In this document: positions 1 to 8,311 of the stretch, piece after piece | Position numbering within the stretch: the first letter of the stretch is position 1 | Layout: each line of letters opens with the position of its first letter | NCBI GenBank assembly: GCA_038727095.1 | Contig: JAVYWK010000011.1 | Span: 9,847 to 41,846 of the forward strand | DNA: 32,000 bases | Source: Thermofilaceae archaeon | GTDB lineage: Archaea > Thermoproteota > Thermoprotei > Thermofilales > Thermofilaceae | Direction: 5' to 3' | Notes under the pieces: model-generated | Database searches by the model: none | Seen by the model: the letters and a program-made list of their open reading frames with translations, nothing else | What the model was told of the DNA's origin: nothing | Position numbers and translations under genes: made by a program

Positions 1-119
1 TCGTAGTTATAGAAGGTGAGAGGGAGAGGGAGAAGGAAAAGCTGGAAGAGGAAAGAGAACTGCTGAAAGAGTACTACGAGATCTTCCTGGAGTCTATGGA
101 GAGCGGGGAGACTGAGTAG
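1..119 (+). CDS. 3' end of an unidentified gene (partial at window edge)
   Basis: Frame 3 is open from the window edge: ...VVIEGEREREKEKLEEERELLKEYYEIFLESMESGETE*, with TAG at 117-119. Too short and low-complexity to assign a family. Confidence 0.3.
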   Translation, partial: VVIEGEREREKEKLEEERELLKEYYEIFLESMESGETE

Positions 120-160
120 AGCGAAGTAGTTATCTCCGGGCTCTATCAGCGGGTTTCAGC

Positions 161-1981
161 ATGCGCATAGCGGTGGTTGAACGTAACCTCTGTAGAGTCA
201 GCAAGTGCGGCCAGGAGTGTGTCCGCTTTTGCCCCATCAATAGGTCCGGTGCTAAGTGCGTTTGGGTCGATGACAACTTGAAACGTGCTGTTATCGATGA
301 AAAACTCTGTGTGGGGTGCGGTATATGCGTAAGAAAGTGCCCTTTCAGCGCCATACACATCGTTAACCTCCCTGAGAAACTGCGCGGAGAGCTTGTACAC
401 AGGTACGGCCCAAGCGGCTTCGAACTCTTCCGTCTGCCTATACCCAAGCAAGGGTCTGTAGTAGGCATTATTGGAAGCAATGGTGTTGGAAAGTCGACAT
501 CACTCAAGATACTGTCCGGTGAGATCAAGCCCAATTTGGGTAGGCTTGAGGGAGTTGATTGGGATGAAATCATCCGTTACTTCAGGGGGTCGGAGCTCCA
601 GACGTACTTTCAGAAACTAGCTAACGGGCGATTTATCGCTGTACGGAAGCCCCAGGAGATCGATGTCATACCGAAGTACGTAAAAGGTACCGTCAGGGAC
701 GTTCTAAAGCGTGTAGATGAAAACGGAGCAATGGATCAAATCGTCGAGTCTTTAGCGCTCCAGAAAGTGCTAGATAGGGGGGTCGGCCACTTGAGCGGCG
801 GCGAGCTGCAGAAGCTAGCCATAGCGGCTGCCATGTGCCGCAACGCTGACGTATACGTATTCGATGAACCGTCAAGCTACCTCGACGTGAGAGAGAGGTT
901 GAGGATTGCTCGCACCATACGAGAGTTGGCCAGGAAGGGGAAGTACGTTTTAGTGGTTGAACACGACTTGGCTCTACTCGACTACATGTCTGATTACGTC
1001 CACGTGCTTTATGGAGAGCCGGGAGCCTACGGAATTGTTAGCTTACCGAGAAGCGTGAGGACTGGCATCAACGTGTTCCTAAGAGGGGTCCTGAAAGAGG
1101 AGAACATACGATTCAGGGATCATGAAATCAGGTTCCACGTTAAGCCGCCAGAGCGTATCACCCGTCCCGGAGCAACCCTCGCTAGCTGGAGCATACTGAT
1201 CAAGCACCTCGACGGTTTTGAGCTGGAGGTCGAGGCTGGTGAAATCTACGCGGGGGAAGTTGTTGGGGTTGTGGGTCCAAACGGTATCGGGAAAACCACT
1301 TTCGTGAGGATGCTTGTTGGAGAGTTAAAACCGGACAACGGTTGGGTCGAGATAAAGCCGGGCTCGAGGTTAAGCTACAAGCCCCAGATGGTACCCCGCG
1401 AATCAATGGTGGGTACCGTACGGGAGGTTCTCGAGAAGGCCGGCGTCGATCTGAGCGCGAGCATCACTTGGAGCGAGCTGATCCAGCCCCTCGGTATACA
1501 TAAACTCATTGAGAGGGACGTAGCGGAGCTAAGTGGCGGTGAACTTCAGCGAGTTGCGATCGCTGCCGCTTTGGGCAGAGAGGCCGACATCTACCTGCTT
1601 GACGAGCCCATGGCCTACCTGGATGTCGAGCAGCGCTACGCGGTTGCGCGCGTAGTTAGGCGGCTAACCCAAGAGCGCGGTGTTGCAACGATAGTCGTAG
1701 AGCACGACCTCATGATACAGGACTTCATAGCCGATTCCCTCATGGTTTTTAGAGGTGAGCCGAGTTTAAAGGGTGAGGCTTCTCCCCCGCTAAGCTTGCG
1801 CAACGGCTTCAACACCCTCCTCGGAGAGCTTGGCGTGACGTTCAGGAGGGATCCGGACACTCTACGCCCCAGGGTCAATAAAGAGGACTCGAGGCTGGAC
1901 AGGTACTTGAAAAGCCTCGGTGAGTACTACTACACGGCTGTCCTCGCCGAGGAGGGTGAGCAGGAAGCCCCTTCAAGCTGA
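161..1981 (+). CDS. abce1: ABCE1/RLI ribosome-recycling ABC ATPase
   Basis: Two N-terminal Fe-S cysteine clusters (CRVSKCGQECVRFCP and CVGCGICVRKCP). Two Walker A motifs (GSNGVGKST, GPNGIGKTT) and two LSGGELQ signatures. 606 aa, ATG at 161. Confidence 0.97.
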   Translation: MRIAVVERNLCRVSKCGQECVRFCPINRSGAKCVWVDDNLKRAVIDEKLCVGCGICVRKCPFSAIHIVNLPEKLRGELVHRYGPSGFELFRLPIPKQGSVVGIIGSNGVGKSTSLKILSGEIKPNLGRLEGVDWDEIIRYFRGSELQTYFQKLANGRFIAVRKPQEIDVIPKYVKGTVRDVLKRVDENGAMDQIVESLALQKVLDRGVGHLSGGELQKLAIAAAMCRNADVYVFDEPSSYLDVRERLRIARTIRELARKGKYVLVVEHDLALLDYMSDYVHVLYGEPGAYGIVSLPRSVRTGINVFLRGVLKEENIRFRDHEIRFHVKPPERITRPGATLASWSILIKHLDGFELEVEAGEIYAGEVVGVVGPNGIGKTTFVRMLVGELKPDNGWVEIKPGSRLSYKPQMVPRESMVGTVREVLEKAGVDLSASITWSELIQPLGIHKLIERDVAELSGGELQRVAIAAALGREADIYLLDEPMAYLDVEQRYAVARVVRRLTQERGVATIVVEHDLMIQDFIADSLMVFRGEPSLKGEASPPLSLRNGFNTLLGELGVTFRRDPDTLRPRVNKEDSRLDRYLKSLGEYYYTAVLAEEGEQEAPSS

Positions 1982-3031
1982 AGCCCGGTAACCGACGCCT
2001 TCCGCTGCAACTTTCACGCCCCCCTTCTCCTGCAAAACGGTGAATTTGGTACGGGTGAGCTGCTCGCAAAGCCAGATAGCCGTTTCCGCGTGACTGCTAA
2101 GCTCGTTTGATACCACCACTGATCGACCCTTAGCAAGAGCCATGTAAATTACGATGTTGTCCAGAGCATGAGCATCGATCGGGGCACCACTACGCAACAC
2201 GCTGATGAGCTTCTCAGCCGCTTCGCGCCCCACAACTTCCGCCCTCTTGCCTTTCTCTCCCAATGCGTCCGCACCCACAACGCCGTTCTCGTACTCCGCC
2301 CAAAGGACTATCCCGCTGCCCGGGCCGACTGCAGGGGTTTCCACGTCAATAACGATCTCGCTCAGGTAATCCCCGAATCCAGCGAGCCTCAACGCATCTC
2401 GAGCTGAAGCCGCCTGCCTTTCGGCAACGTGCCGCGGCAGGTTAGCGGCGTATGAGATGCCCCTAATCTCCCTCAGTTCCCCCGCCCTCTCGATCTCAAC
2501 TGGCTTTAGCGGGTAAGAGGGAAAGACATTAACATCCACAATCCCTCCCCCTTGCGGGTAGAAGCCTCTGCGTACCACCTTCAATTCGACCCTTAAGCCG
2601 AACTTTCTCAAGAGGGGTATGAGGACATGCTCGAAATAGTTGATCGGAGGGGACCAGCTAACGTCCGTCCCTCCTCTCACGCGTAAGGCCACCATATCGG
2701 TTGCGGCCGCTAGCACGGGAAGCGCGGCTTGAAGTAGGAGCGAAACACTACCCGCAGTGCCGATATCCACCTCAAGCTTGCCTCCTCTTGGCCTTCCTCT
2801 AGGCTTTACGACCATCTCCATCGACCCGATGAACAATCCTTCAACGTTCGCACCCACGAGCTGCGCTATCGTTCTAACCGCCGCCAAGTGCTGGGGTCTT
2901 AAGCCGGGAGGAGATCTCTTCGCGCGGATGTTCACGACTCTCACGTCTATACCCATGAGCGACGCGAGAGCCACGCTGTAACGCAGCAACTGGCCTCCAC
3001 CTTCGCCGTATGAACCATCGATGACTATCAT
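1973..3031 (-). CDS. rtcA: RNA 3'-terminal phosphate cyclase
   Basis: N-terminus IVIDGSYGEGGGQLLRYSVALASL, the motif RAKRSPPGLRPQHL, and a C-terminal IDAHALDNIVIYMALA active-site His region. ATG at 3031 is preceded by GGGGTGAT (SD-like). The ORF-track GTG at 3040 is an alternative start. Confidence 0.92.
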   Translation of the reverse strand: MIVIDGSYGEGGGQLLRYSVALASLMGIDVRVVNIRAKRSPPGLRPQHLAAVRTIAQLVGANVEGLFIGSMEMVVKPRGRPRGGKLEVDIGTAGSVSLLLQAALPVLAAATDMVALRVRGGTDVSWSPPINYFEHVLIPLLRKFGLRVELKVVRRGFYPQGGGIVDVNVFPSYPLKPVEIERAGELREIRGISYAANLPRHVAERQAASARDALRLAGFGDYLSEIVIDVETPAVGPGSGIVLWAEYENGVVGADALGEKGKRAEVVGREAAEKLISVLRSGAPIDAHALDNIVIYMALAKGRSVVVSNELSSHAETAIWLCEQLTRTKFTVLQEKGGVKVAAEGVGYRASA

Positions 3032-3042
3032 ACCTATCACCC

Positions 3043-3621
3043 CTACCTGCCTTCAAGCGCCTTTTTTACTGCCACTACGCGCTGTAGCGCTGTTGCAGCC
3101 GTAAGAGCGAGCAAGAGGAGGGTCAACGTTCTCGCTGCACCAACGTGGAAGGATGCGGAGAAGAATATGATGGCTTTAAAGATCGTCCTTTCCCCTCTTT
3201 CCATTAATCCCACCCCAGCCAGGTTCACACCTAGGCTTTCAGCCCTTGCTCTCGTGTAGCTCACAACGAACTCCGCCGTCAAGAGTGCAAACGCGTAGGG
3301 ATAATCCACTATATTCGCCGCCGCGAGCGCGCACGTATAGAGGGAGTCGCTCACCCGATCCGCAGTTGAGTCAAGGAATGCACCAAACATGCTTTGCATC
3401 CCCTTCTTCTTGGCTATGTACCCGTCAAAACCGTCTAGAGACGCTGAGGCAAGCAGCGCTATAGCAACGAGGGAGGGTGAGGCCCCTAGGTATGCCATGA
3501 CAGGAACGATGGGAGAGAGGGCTAGCGCGGTTACCGTTATCGTGTTCGGCTTCAGGGGGATCTTCGCAACCCCCAATGCATCGAGCAACTTTTCAAGGCT
3601 TCCTCGAGCCTTGTTAAACAT
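3043..3621 (-). CDS. CDP-alcohol phosphatidyltransferase (small archaeal type, archaetidylinositol-phosphate-synthase-like)
   Basis: Signature DGFDGYIAKKKG-x8-GAFLDSTADRVSD, matching D-G-x2-A-R/K...G-x3-D-x3-D. Multiple TM helices. I prefer ATG at 3621 (MFNKARG...); the longer ORF to 3675 would overlap NAC by 62 nt. Confidence 0.85.
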   Translation of the reverse strand: MFNKARGSLEKLLDALGVAKIPLKPNTITVTALALSPIVPVMAYLGASPSLVAIALLASASLDGFDGYIAKKKGMQSMFGAFLDSTADRVSDSLYTCALAAANIVDYPYAFALLTAEFVVSYTRARAESLGVNLAGVGLMERGERTIFKAIIFFSASFHVGAARTLTLLLLALTAATALQRVVAVKKALEGR

Positions 3622-3976
3622 TAGTACTCCCTTTCCTAGCTTGGAGGAGGATGATAGCTTGAGCCAGATCCCCACCAGTTTCCTTTAGGGCATTTCTGGC
3701 CTCATCCATCGAGACTCCCGCCTGTTCTGCCACCAGCTTCACGTCCTCCTCCGAGAACTCCAGGATCACCTGCTCCTCCCGAGGCTTTTCCACCTCGCGT
3801 CCCGTTACCTGGTACATTCGTTCACCCTGCACCTCGATTAACGTCACCGTAGGGTCTTCGATTACGATTTCCTTGTCAGCTAGGACGAAAACGACCCTCT
3901 CGCATGCTAGCTGGTTAACTTTCATCCCCAGTTTTCTCATCATACGTTCGAGCTCTCTCGGCGATACTCTCCGCAA
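3614..3976 (-). CDS. nac: Nascent polypeptide-associated complex protein (archaeal NAC, NAC + UBA domains)
   Basis: N-terminus SPRELERMMRKLGMKVNQL and a NAC beta-barrel segment (VVFVLADKEIVIEDPTVTLIEVQGERMYQV). C-terminal UBA-like segment EEDVKLVAEQAGVSMDEARNALKETGGDLAQAIILL. Confidence 0.92.
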   Translation of the reverse strand: MRRVSPRELERMMRKLGMKVNQLACERVVFVLADKEIVIEDPTVTLIEVQGERMYQVTGREVEKPREEQVILEFSEEDVKLVAEQAGVSMDEARNALKETGGDLAQAIILLQARKGSTNV

Positions 3977-4685
3977 CCCTCCTCACCCCCTCCTCGATGA
4001 GAATCTTCAGATTAATTATGTTTTCCTCAGCTATGTGACAACTGATCAGCCCCCCAAGATCGATTGCGCGAGCAACGCGATCAAGCAGCAGGGAATCGCT
4101 AGTAGCCACTGCGTACTCACCGCTGCAGGAGATGAGGAAACTGTCGGCTTTGCTGCTTGTGATTGACGAGCCCTTCAGATTAAAGTTCCTCATTAGTTCC
4201 TGCGTTAACCGAGATAGTTCGCCACTTCTGCTGACTTGCGCGTCGAACACGATGAACACTTCGTGAGCTCCCAGCCTCGCGATATAGTGTAGCATGAGGG
4301 AGAGCGCGGATGCGAGTACCGGGCTCACTCTCACTTTTCTCACGGTGGCAGAGAGATCCCTGACAAAGCCGTCCGTAGCTAGGATCAAACTATCACCTAC
4401 GAGCGCGGATTGAACTGTGGAGAGAACGTTAAAGCCGTCGATGGCTAGGCTTGAAGGGTTCTGAAGATGCTTTGAAGCCCGTTCGTGAGATGTACTTCTG
4501 TCGAAGACTCCGCGGTAAAGCACGAGCCTCTCTAGCCTGCTTAAGTTCCACCGCGCGGTTACCACATTTAATGCGGCATCCCGGTTGTACCCCCTCTCGA
4601 GGAGGTAGAGGAAATCAACGCCGGCTTCTAAAAGCCTTCTCGTTAAATGAATTCTAATGGGGTTGGGCTTTGAGTAGTAGCGCAT
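3915..4685 (-). CDS. Uncharacterised protein: DUF434-like N-terminus + YacP/Rae1-like NYN (PIN-like) nuclease domain
   Basis: N-terminus AGVDFLYLLERGYNRDAALNVV...LSRLERLVLYRGVF (DUF434-like, from memory). Then an ordered acidic signature: LAIDGFNVL ... FIVFDAQVS ... SSKADSFL ... VATSDSLL. ATG at 4685 overlaps the alaS 3' end by 32 nt. Confidence 0.75.
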   Translation of the reverse strand: MRYYSKPNPIRIHLTRRLLEAGVDFLYLLERGYNRDAALNVVTARWNLSRLERLVLYRGVFDRSTSHERASKHLQNPSSLAIDGFNVLSTVQSALVGDSLILATDGFVRDLSATVRKVRVSPVLASALSLMLHYIARLGAHEVFIVFDAQVSRSGELSRLTQELMRNFNLKGSSITSSKADSFLISCSGEYAVATSDSLLLDRVARAIDLGGLISCHIAEENIINLKILIEEGVRRVAESIAERARTYDEKTGDES

Positions 4686-7377
4686 CTCTCAAAGCAGAGC
4701 AAAACGCTAGCGGCTCCTCCACCTTGCCTGACACCAGATCGGGTGCTCCACCCCCTCTCCCATTCACCCTGCGAAGGAGTTCCTCATTCAGTTTTCTAGC
4801 ATCTAAGCCTTCCCCCACTAACTCATCGCTGACCTTTACAGCGTAGCTGCCTTTCCTGTTGACGACTCCCACGACCGCGCGTTTTAGGTTCTTACCGACT
4901 CGGAGCGCGAACTCTTTTACGTCGTCTTCCTCTACTAAGACGGCAACGAAATTTAAGCCCGCTACCTGCTCCGCCTGCAACGCGACTCGTGCCGCTTCCG
5001 CGTCAAGAAGCCTACCCTTTAGCTCCTTAAGCTCTTTAGCCAGCACGTCACGCTCCTTCAAAAGCTCACTCACCGAGTCGACAACTCTACTCTGCTCGGT
5101 TCCCAGAATGTCAGCGATCTGGCTCAGGCTTTCTTCGAGCTGTTGAGCGTACTCAACCGCAGCGCTACCTACTTTGAAGATAAGGCGCGACACCCCGTCC
5201 TGGATTCTCTCTGCCTTAACGATCTTTATGAGTCCAACCTCCCCTGTGCTCGAGCAATGAACCCCTCCGCAGGCCTCTACGTCCCAACCCTCGATCTCAA
5301 CGACCCTTAGCCTTGCGCCCGGTACCACACCACCCTGGTAGAGGGTGAAGCCGTACTTCATCTCTGCCTTTGAGCGATCCTCGAAGAATGCTCGCACAGG
5401 TCTGTTCTCCATTACTACTAGATTCGCCAGGCGTTCGATCTGCTTCAACTCCTCCGGTGTAATTTTCTTGTGGTGGGTTACATCCAACCTGCTCTGCTCT
5501 ACACCCTTCTGAGCCCCTGCCTGCCAGACGTGTTTTCCGAGAACTCTTCTAGCAGCACCCAGGACTATATGCGTGGCAGTATGGTTGCGCATGAGCGCAA
5601 ACCTCCTCTCAGCGTTGACTAGGCCCTTCACCTTAGCGCCGGTCGGGGGTACTGGCCCCTCGCATTCGTGAATCACGATGCCTCCAACGTCGAGCACTCT
5701 AACGACATGGCACGTACCCTCCTCCCAGCTCAAAATCCCAAGGTCGTGAGGCTGTCCCCCGCCCTCTGGGTAGAAGGCCGTTCGATCTAAAATGACCCGG
5801 TTACCCTCAGATCGTAGCACAGTAGCGTCGAACTGTAGCATCCGAGGGCTAATGTAGTAGAGCTTCTCAGTCGGCTTGAGCCCTTCGATCAATTTGGCTA
5901 GCTCCACTCCCACTCGTTCCTCAAGCCTTCTCGTCTCCTGGTGCTTCGAAACTAGCGTGAGGTAGAAGTCGACTGGCACGTTCACCACCAGGCCGTGTTT
6001 TGAGAGCTCCTCTGCAACAATCTCCGGGGGTAGGCCGTGGGACTCATACAACTCGGCGAGCAAAATCGCTGGAAGTTCGTTGCGGCCCTTAGCTTTCAAT
6101 TCCTTGGCAAGCCTGGCTAGTGTTCGTTTGCCTTGCTGAAGAGTTTCAGAGAACCTTTTCTCCTCATAACTCACGATATCAATGATTTCATCTTCGATCT
6201 CTCGATATTCAGGAAAGTCTAAACTCCAGTGTCTAATCTGCCGCGCTACAATTTCGGCGAGAGACTTCTCGATCCCCAACTTCCACAAATGTCGGAGCGC
6301 TCTACGTATCAACAGTCTTGCCAGGTAGCCGGCACCAACGTTCGAGGGTACGACACCGTCACCGATCATCCAAAGCAGTGTACGGGTGTGATCAACCAGT
6401 GCGAAGAGATCGTGGTACGGGCTTATCGCGCCTTTGAGCTCCTCCAGGCTTACCTCGAGGCTTTTTGCGATCTCTTCCAGCTGACGCTGAGCCTCTAAAG
6501 GTTTTTTAAAGTCCAACTTACCGGACTTCCTAGCAACCGCTAAGGCGATCCTCGGGTCTAGGGGCTTGAGGCCTACCTCCCTCACTAATTGGTCTATGAT
6601 GCTCGGGAATACCGCGTCGTAAACTGTGGGTGTTCCCTTTAGGAGCCAGAGTAGGCGCTCCAGGCCGTAGCCGGTATCTACGATCCTGTTAGGCATGGGT
6701 ACGAACTTTTCTCCTACAACGCGGTAGTGCATGAAGACCAGTGTTGCAACTTCCAATCCTTTGACTAGCACCTCGTAGTCTTCGCCGGCGTTACCCCCGC
6801 CGCTCCACCAATCGAACTTGAACGATATTTGCTCGGGCGGTATCTTGAATACCTCGGTCAAAACCCTGAACGCGTAGCGGACAGTTTCGTCGGCCCAGTA
6901 CACGGTCTTATCGCCTATGTTAAACGCGTGATGGGCCATCATCTCGAAACCTGTCAAGTGACGACCGCTTCTACCGACGTTTTCGAGGTCCGTCAACCTT
7001 ACACTTGGTTGCGATATTACGAGCGGATTAGCTGGTGGCTCCACAACCCCCTCGGTTACCCACGGTTGAAAGTCATAGATCGAAGCTCCGACCAAGTACA
7101 CGTCGTCTCTCCATCTCGCAACCACGGGATATCGATTAATCCGAGCGTGCCCCTCCTTCTCGAAGAATGTTAGAAAAGCTTCTCTGACATCTCTGGGCTC
7201 TTTGAACACAGAGACGAGAGTTTCGCCGACGAACTCGTAATCGGTGCACGGCTGATCTCCACAAACATCTTGCTCTGGGTTTAGTGTCCAGAAACTTTTC
7301 CCGCATAACTTACACTTCTTCAGGAGAAAGCCGTTCTCCCTGAAGAATGGCAGATGTAGGAACTCTTCCTCTCCCAT
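4654..7377 (-). CDS. alaS: Alanyl-tRNA synthetase
   Basis: 907 aa. Archaeal AlaRS N-terminus with a zinc-ribbon-like CKLCGKSFW...CGDQPC. Class II core (WWSGGGNAGEDYEV, GYGLERLLW). Editing-domain motifs HTATHIVLGAARRV and CGGVHC, and a C-terminal DHHA1-like GRGGGAPDLVSG. Confidence 0.98.
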   Translation of the reverse strand: MGEEEFLHLPFFRENGFLLKKCKLCGKSFWTLNPEQDVCGDQPCTDYEFVGETLVSVFKEPRDVREAFLTFFEKEGHARINRYPVVARWRDDVYLVGASIYDFQPWVTEGVVEPPANPLVISQPSVRLTDLENVGRSGRHLTGFEMMAHHAFNIGDKTVYWADETVRYAFRVLTEVFKIPPEQISFKFDWWSGGGNAGEDYEVLVKGLEVATLVFMHYRVVGEKFVPMPNRIVDTGYGLERLLWLLKGTPTVYDAVFPSIIDQLVREVGLKPLDPRIALAVARKSGKLDFKKPLEAQRQLEEIAKSLEVSLEELKGAISPYHDLFALVDHTRTLLWMIGDGVVPSNVGAGYLARLLIRRALRHLWKLGIEKSLAEIVARQIRHWSLDFPEYREIEDEIIDIVSYEEKRFSETLQQGKRTLARLAKELKAKGRNELPAILLAELYESHGLPPEIVAEELSKHGLVVNVPVDFYLTLVSKHQETRRLEERVGVELAKLIEGLKPTEKLYYISPRMLQFDATVLRSEGNRVILDRTAFYPEGGGQPHDLGILSWEEGTCHVVRVLDVGGIVIHECEGPVPPTGAKVKGLVNAERRFALMRNHTATHIVLGAARRVLGKHVWQAGAQKGVEQSRLDVTHHKKITPEELKQIERLANLVVMENRPVRAFFEDRSKAEMKYGFTLYQGGVVPGARLRVVEIEGWDVEACGGVHCSSTGEVGLIKIVKAERIQDGVSRLIFKVGSAAVEYAQQLEESLSQIADILGTEQSRVVDSVSELLKERDVLAKELKELKGRLLDAEAARVALQAEQVAGLNFVAVLVEEDDVKEFALRVGKNLKRAVVGVVNRKGSYAVKVSDELVGEGLDARKLNEELLRRVNGRGGGAPDLVSGKVEEPLAFCSALRDALLLKAQPH

Positions 7378-7400
7378 GCTGTGCAGGGTTATAGCTTGAA

Positions 7401-7408
7401 CAAAATAA
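7401..7408 (-). promoter_or_regulatory. TATA-like box of alaS (leaderless)
   Basis: Minus-strand TTATTTTG, centred about 27 nt upstream of ATG 7377, in the 43-bp P0-alaS gap. Confidence 0.4.
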
Positions 7409-7420
7409 CCTTTTGCTTGC

Positions 7421-8311
7421 TCACGCGAAATTTGGGTTCTGCTGCTTGAGGAGGTTGTAAAGGGCCGAAGCCTCCAGGTAAGCCTTCGATAGACTGCGCT
7501 CGATCACTCCTGGCAGCGGTAGCGCAAGCGCTTCCGCTAATGCGTCAGCCTGCGCGACAGCCCTTGAAATTAGCACATGGATGACTTCTGGGAGAGGTAG
7601 GTAGGCGTTGATAGCTAGGTTGATCGCCTCCTGCTGAGCTTCGGTAAGCGATTTAGAGTAATCTTCCGGTTCAAACGATACCTCACCGGGCTCAACTATG
7701 CGCCCATCAACGCTGATCATTTTTATCGGGATGGTTATCTCGATCGGTTTGATGTTGAGTTTGCCTAGCAGCTCAGCTAGCTCCGGAGTGATGACATCGC
7801 CCTTCTTCGCGACAACGGTGTCGGAAACCACCCAAATTGTTCCTTCCATAACTCTGATCGGAATCTTAAGCTTACCGAAGAGGCTCATCGAAGGGCCTGG
7901 CGCAATTCCCGTATTTCCCGAGGACACGACGATATCGCTTGTGGCTATATCGTTAGGCGCGGCTTTACGCGTCATCTTGTACTCCTTGAGCAGGAAGAGG
8001 GCGAGAGTGAAGGGGTTTTCGTTGGTGAATATCACGGCATTCTGGCCAGTCAATTTGGCAACGAGCTTATCGGGAGTTTCTCTTCGAAGATCCTGCAACG
8101 CTTTTAGGAAAACTCTATTCTTTACCACCTTCAGCGCAGCCCCGCGTTCCATGAGTTTACGGCGTAGCGTGTGTAGCGCCGATGCGGGGATTCCCGTCAC
8201 ATCTATTACGAGATAGAAACTGTACTTCGAAAGGAGCTCAGTGTAGCTCTTTAACTTCGCAACCTTGCTAGGCGAGTGAATCCTAATCCTTAAACCGGTT
8301 AGCGCGCTCAT
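7421..8311 (-). CDS. rplP0: Ribosomal stalk protein uL10 (P0), unusually short (296 aa, no hinge or acidic tail)
   Basis: N-terminal uL10 domain (YLVIDVTGIPASALHTLRRKLMERGAALKVVKNRVFLKAL), the archaeal insertion domain, and two spine-helix repeats (AINLAINAYLPLPEVIHVLISRAVAQADALAEAL / ALPLPGVIERSLSKAYLEASALYNLL). Ends ...KQQNPNFA*. ATGA overlap with uL1. Confidence 0.9.
   Translation of the reverse strand: MSALTGLRIRIHSPSKVAKLKSYTELLSKYSFYLVIDVTGIPASALHTLRRKLMERGAALKVVKNRVFLKALQDLRRETPDKLVAKLTGQNAVIFTNENPFTLALFLLKEYKMTRKAAPNDIATSDIVVSSGNTGIAPGPSMSLFGKLKIPIRVMEGTIWVVSDTVVAKKGDVITPELAELLGKLNIKPIEITIPIKMISVDGRIVEPGEVSFEPEDYSKSLTEAQQEAINLAINAYLPLPEVIHVLISRAVAQADALAEALALPLPGVIERSLSKAYLEASALYNLLKQQNPNFA

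Noticed and set aside
130-573. 147-aa and 101-aa minus-strand ORFs antisense to ABCE1
   Set aside because: They lie wholly inside a confidently identified gene. Their composition is Ser/Pro/Leu/Arg-rich, typical of antisense frames, and they have no promoter or SD.
7698-8216. 172-aa plus-strand ORF antisense to P0. Similar cases are 12065-12511 (antisense to uL3), 25661-26008 (antisense to SAM synthetase), 14322-14636 (antisense to secY), 29395-29706 and 6829-7173.
   Set aside because: All are shadow ORFs opposite strongly supported genes. They are low-complexity, Ser/Thr/Leu-rich, and have no expression signals.
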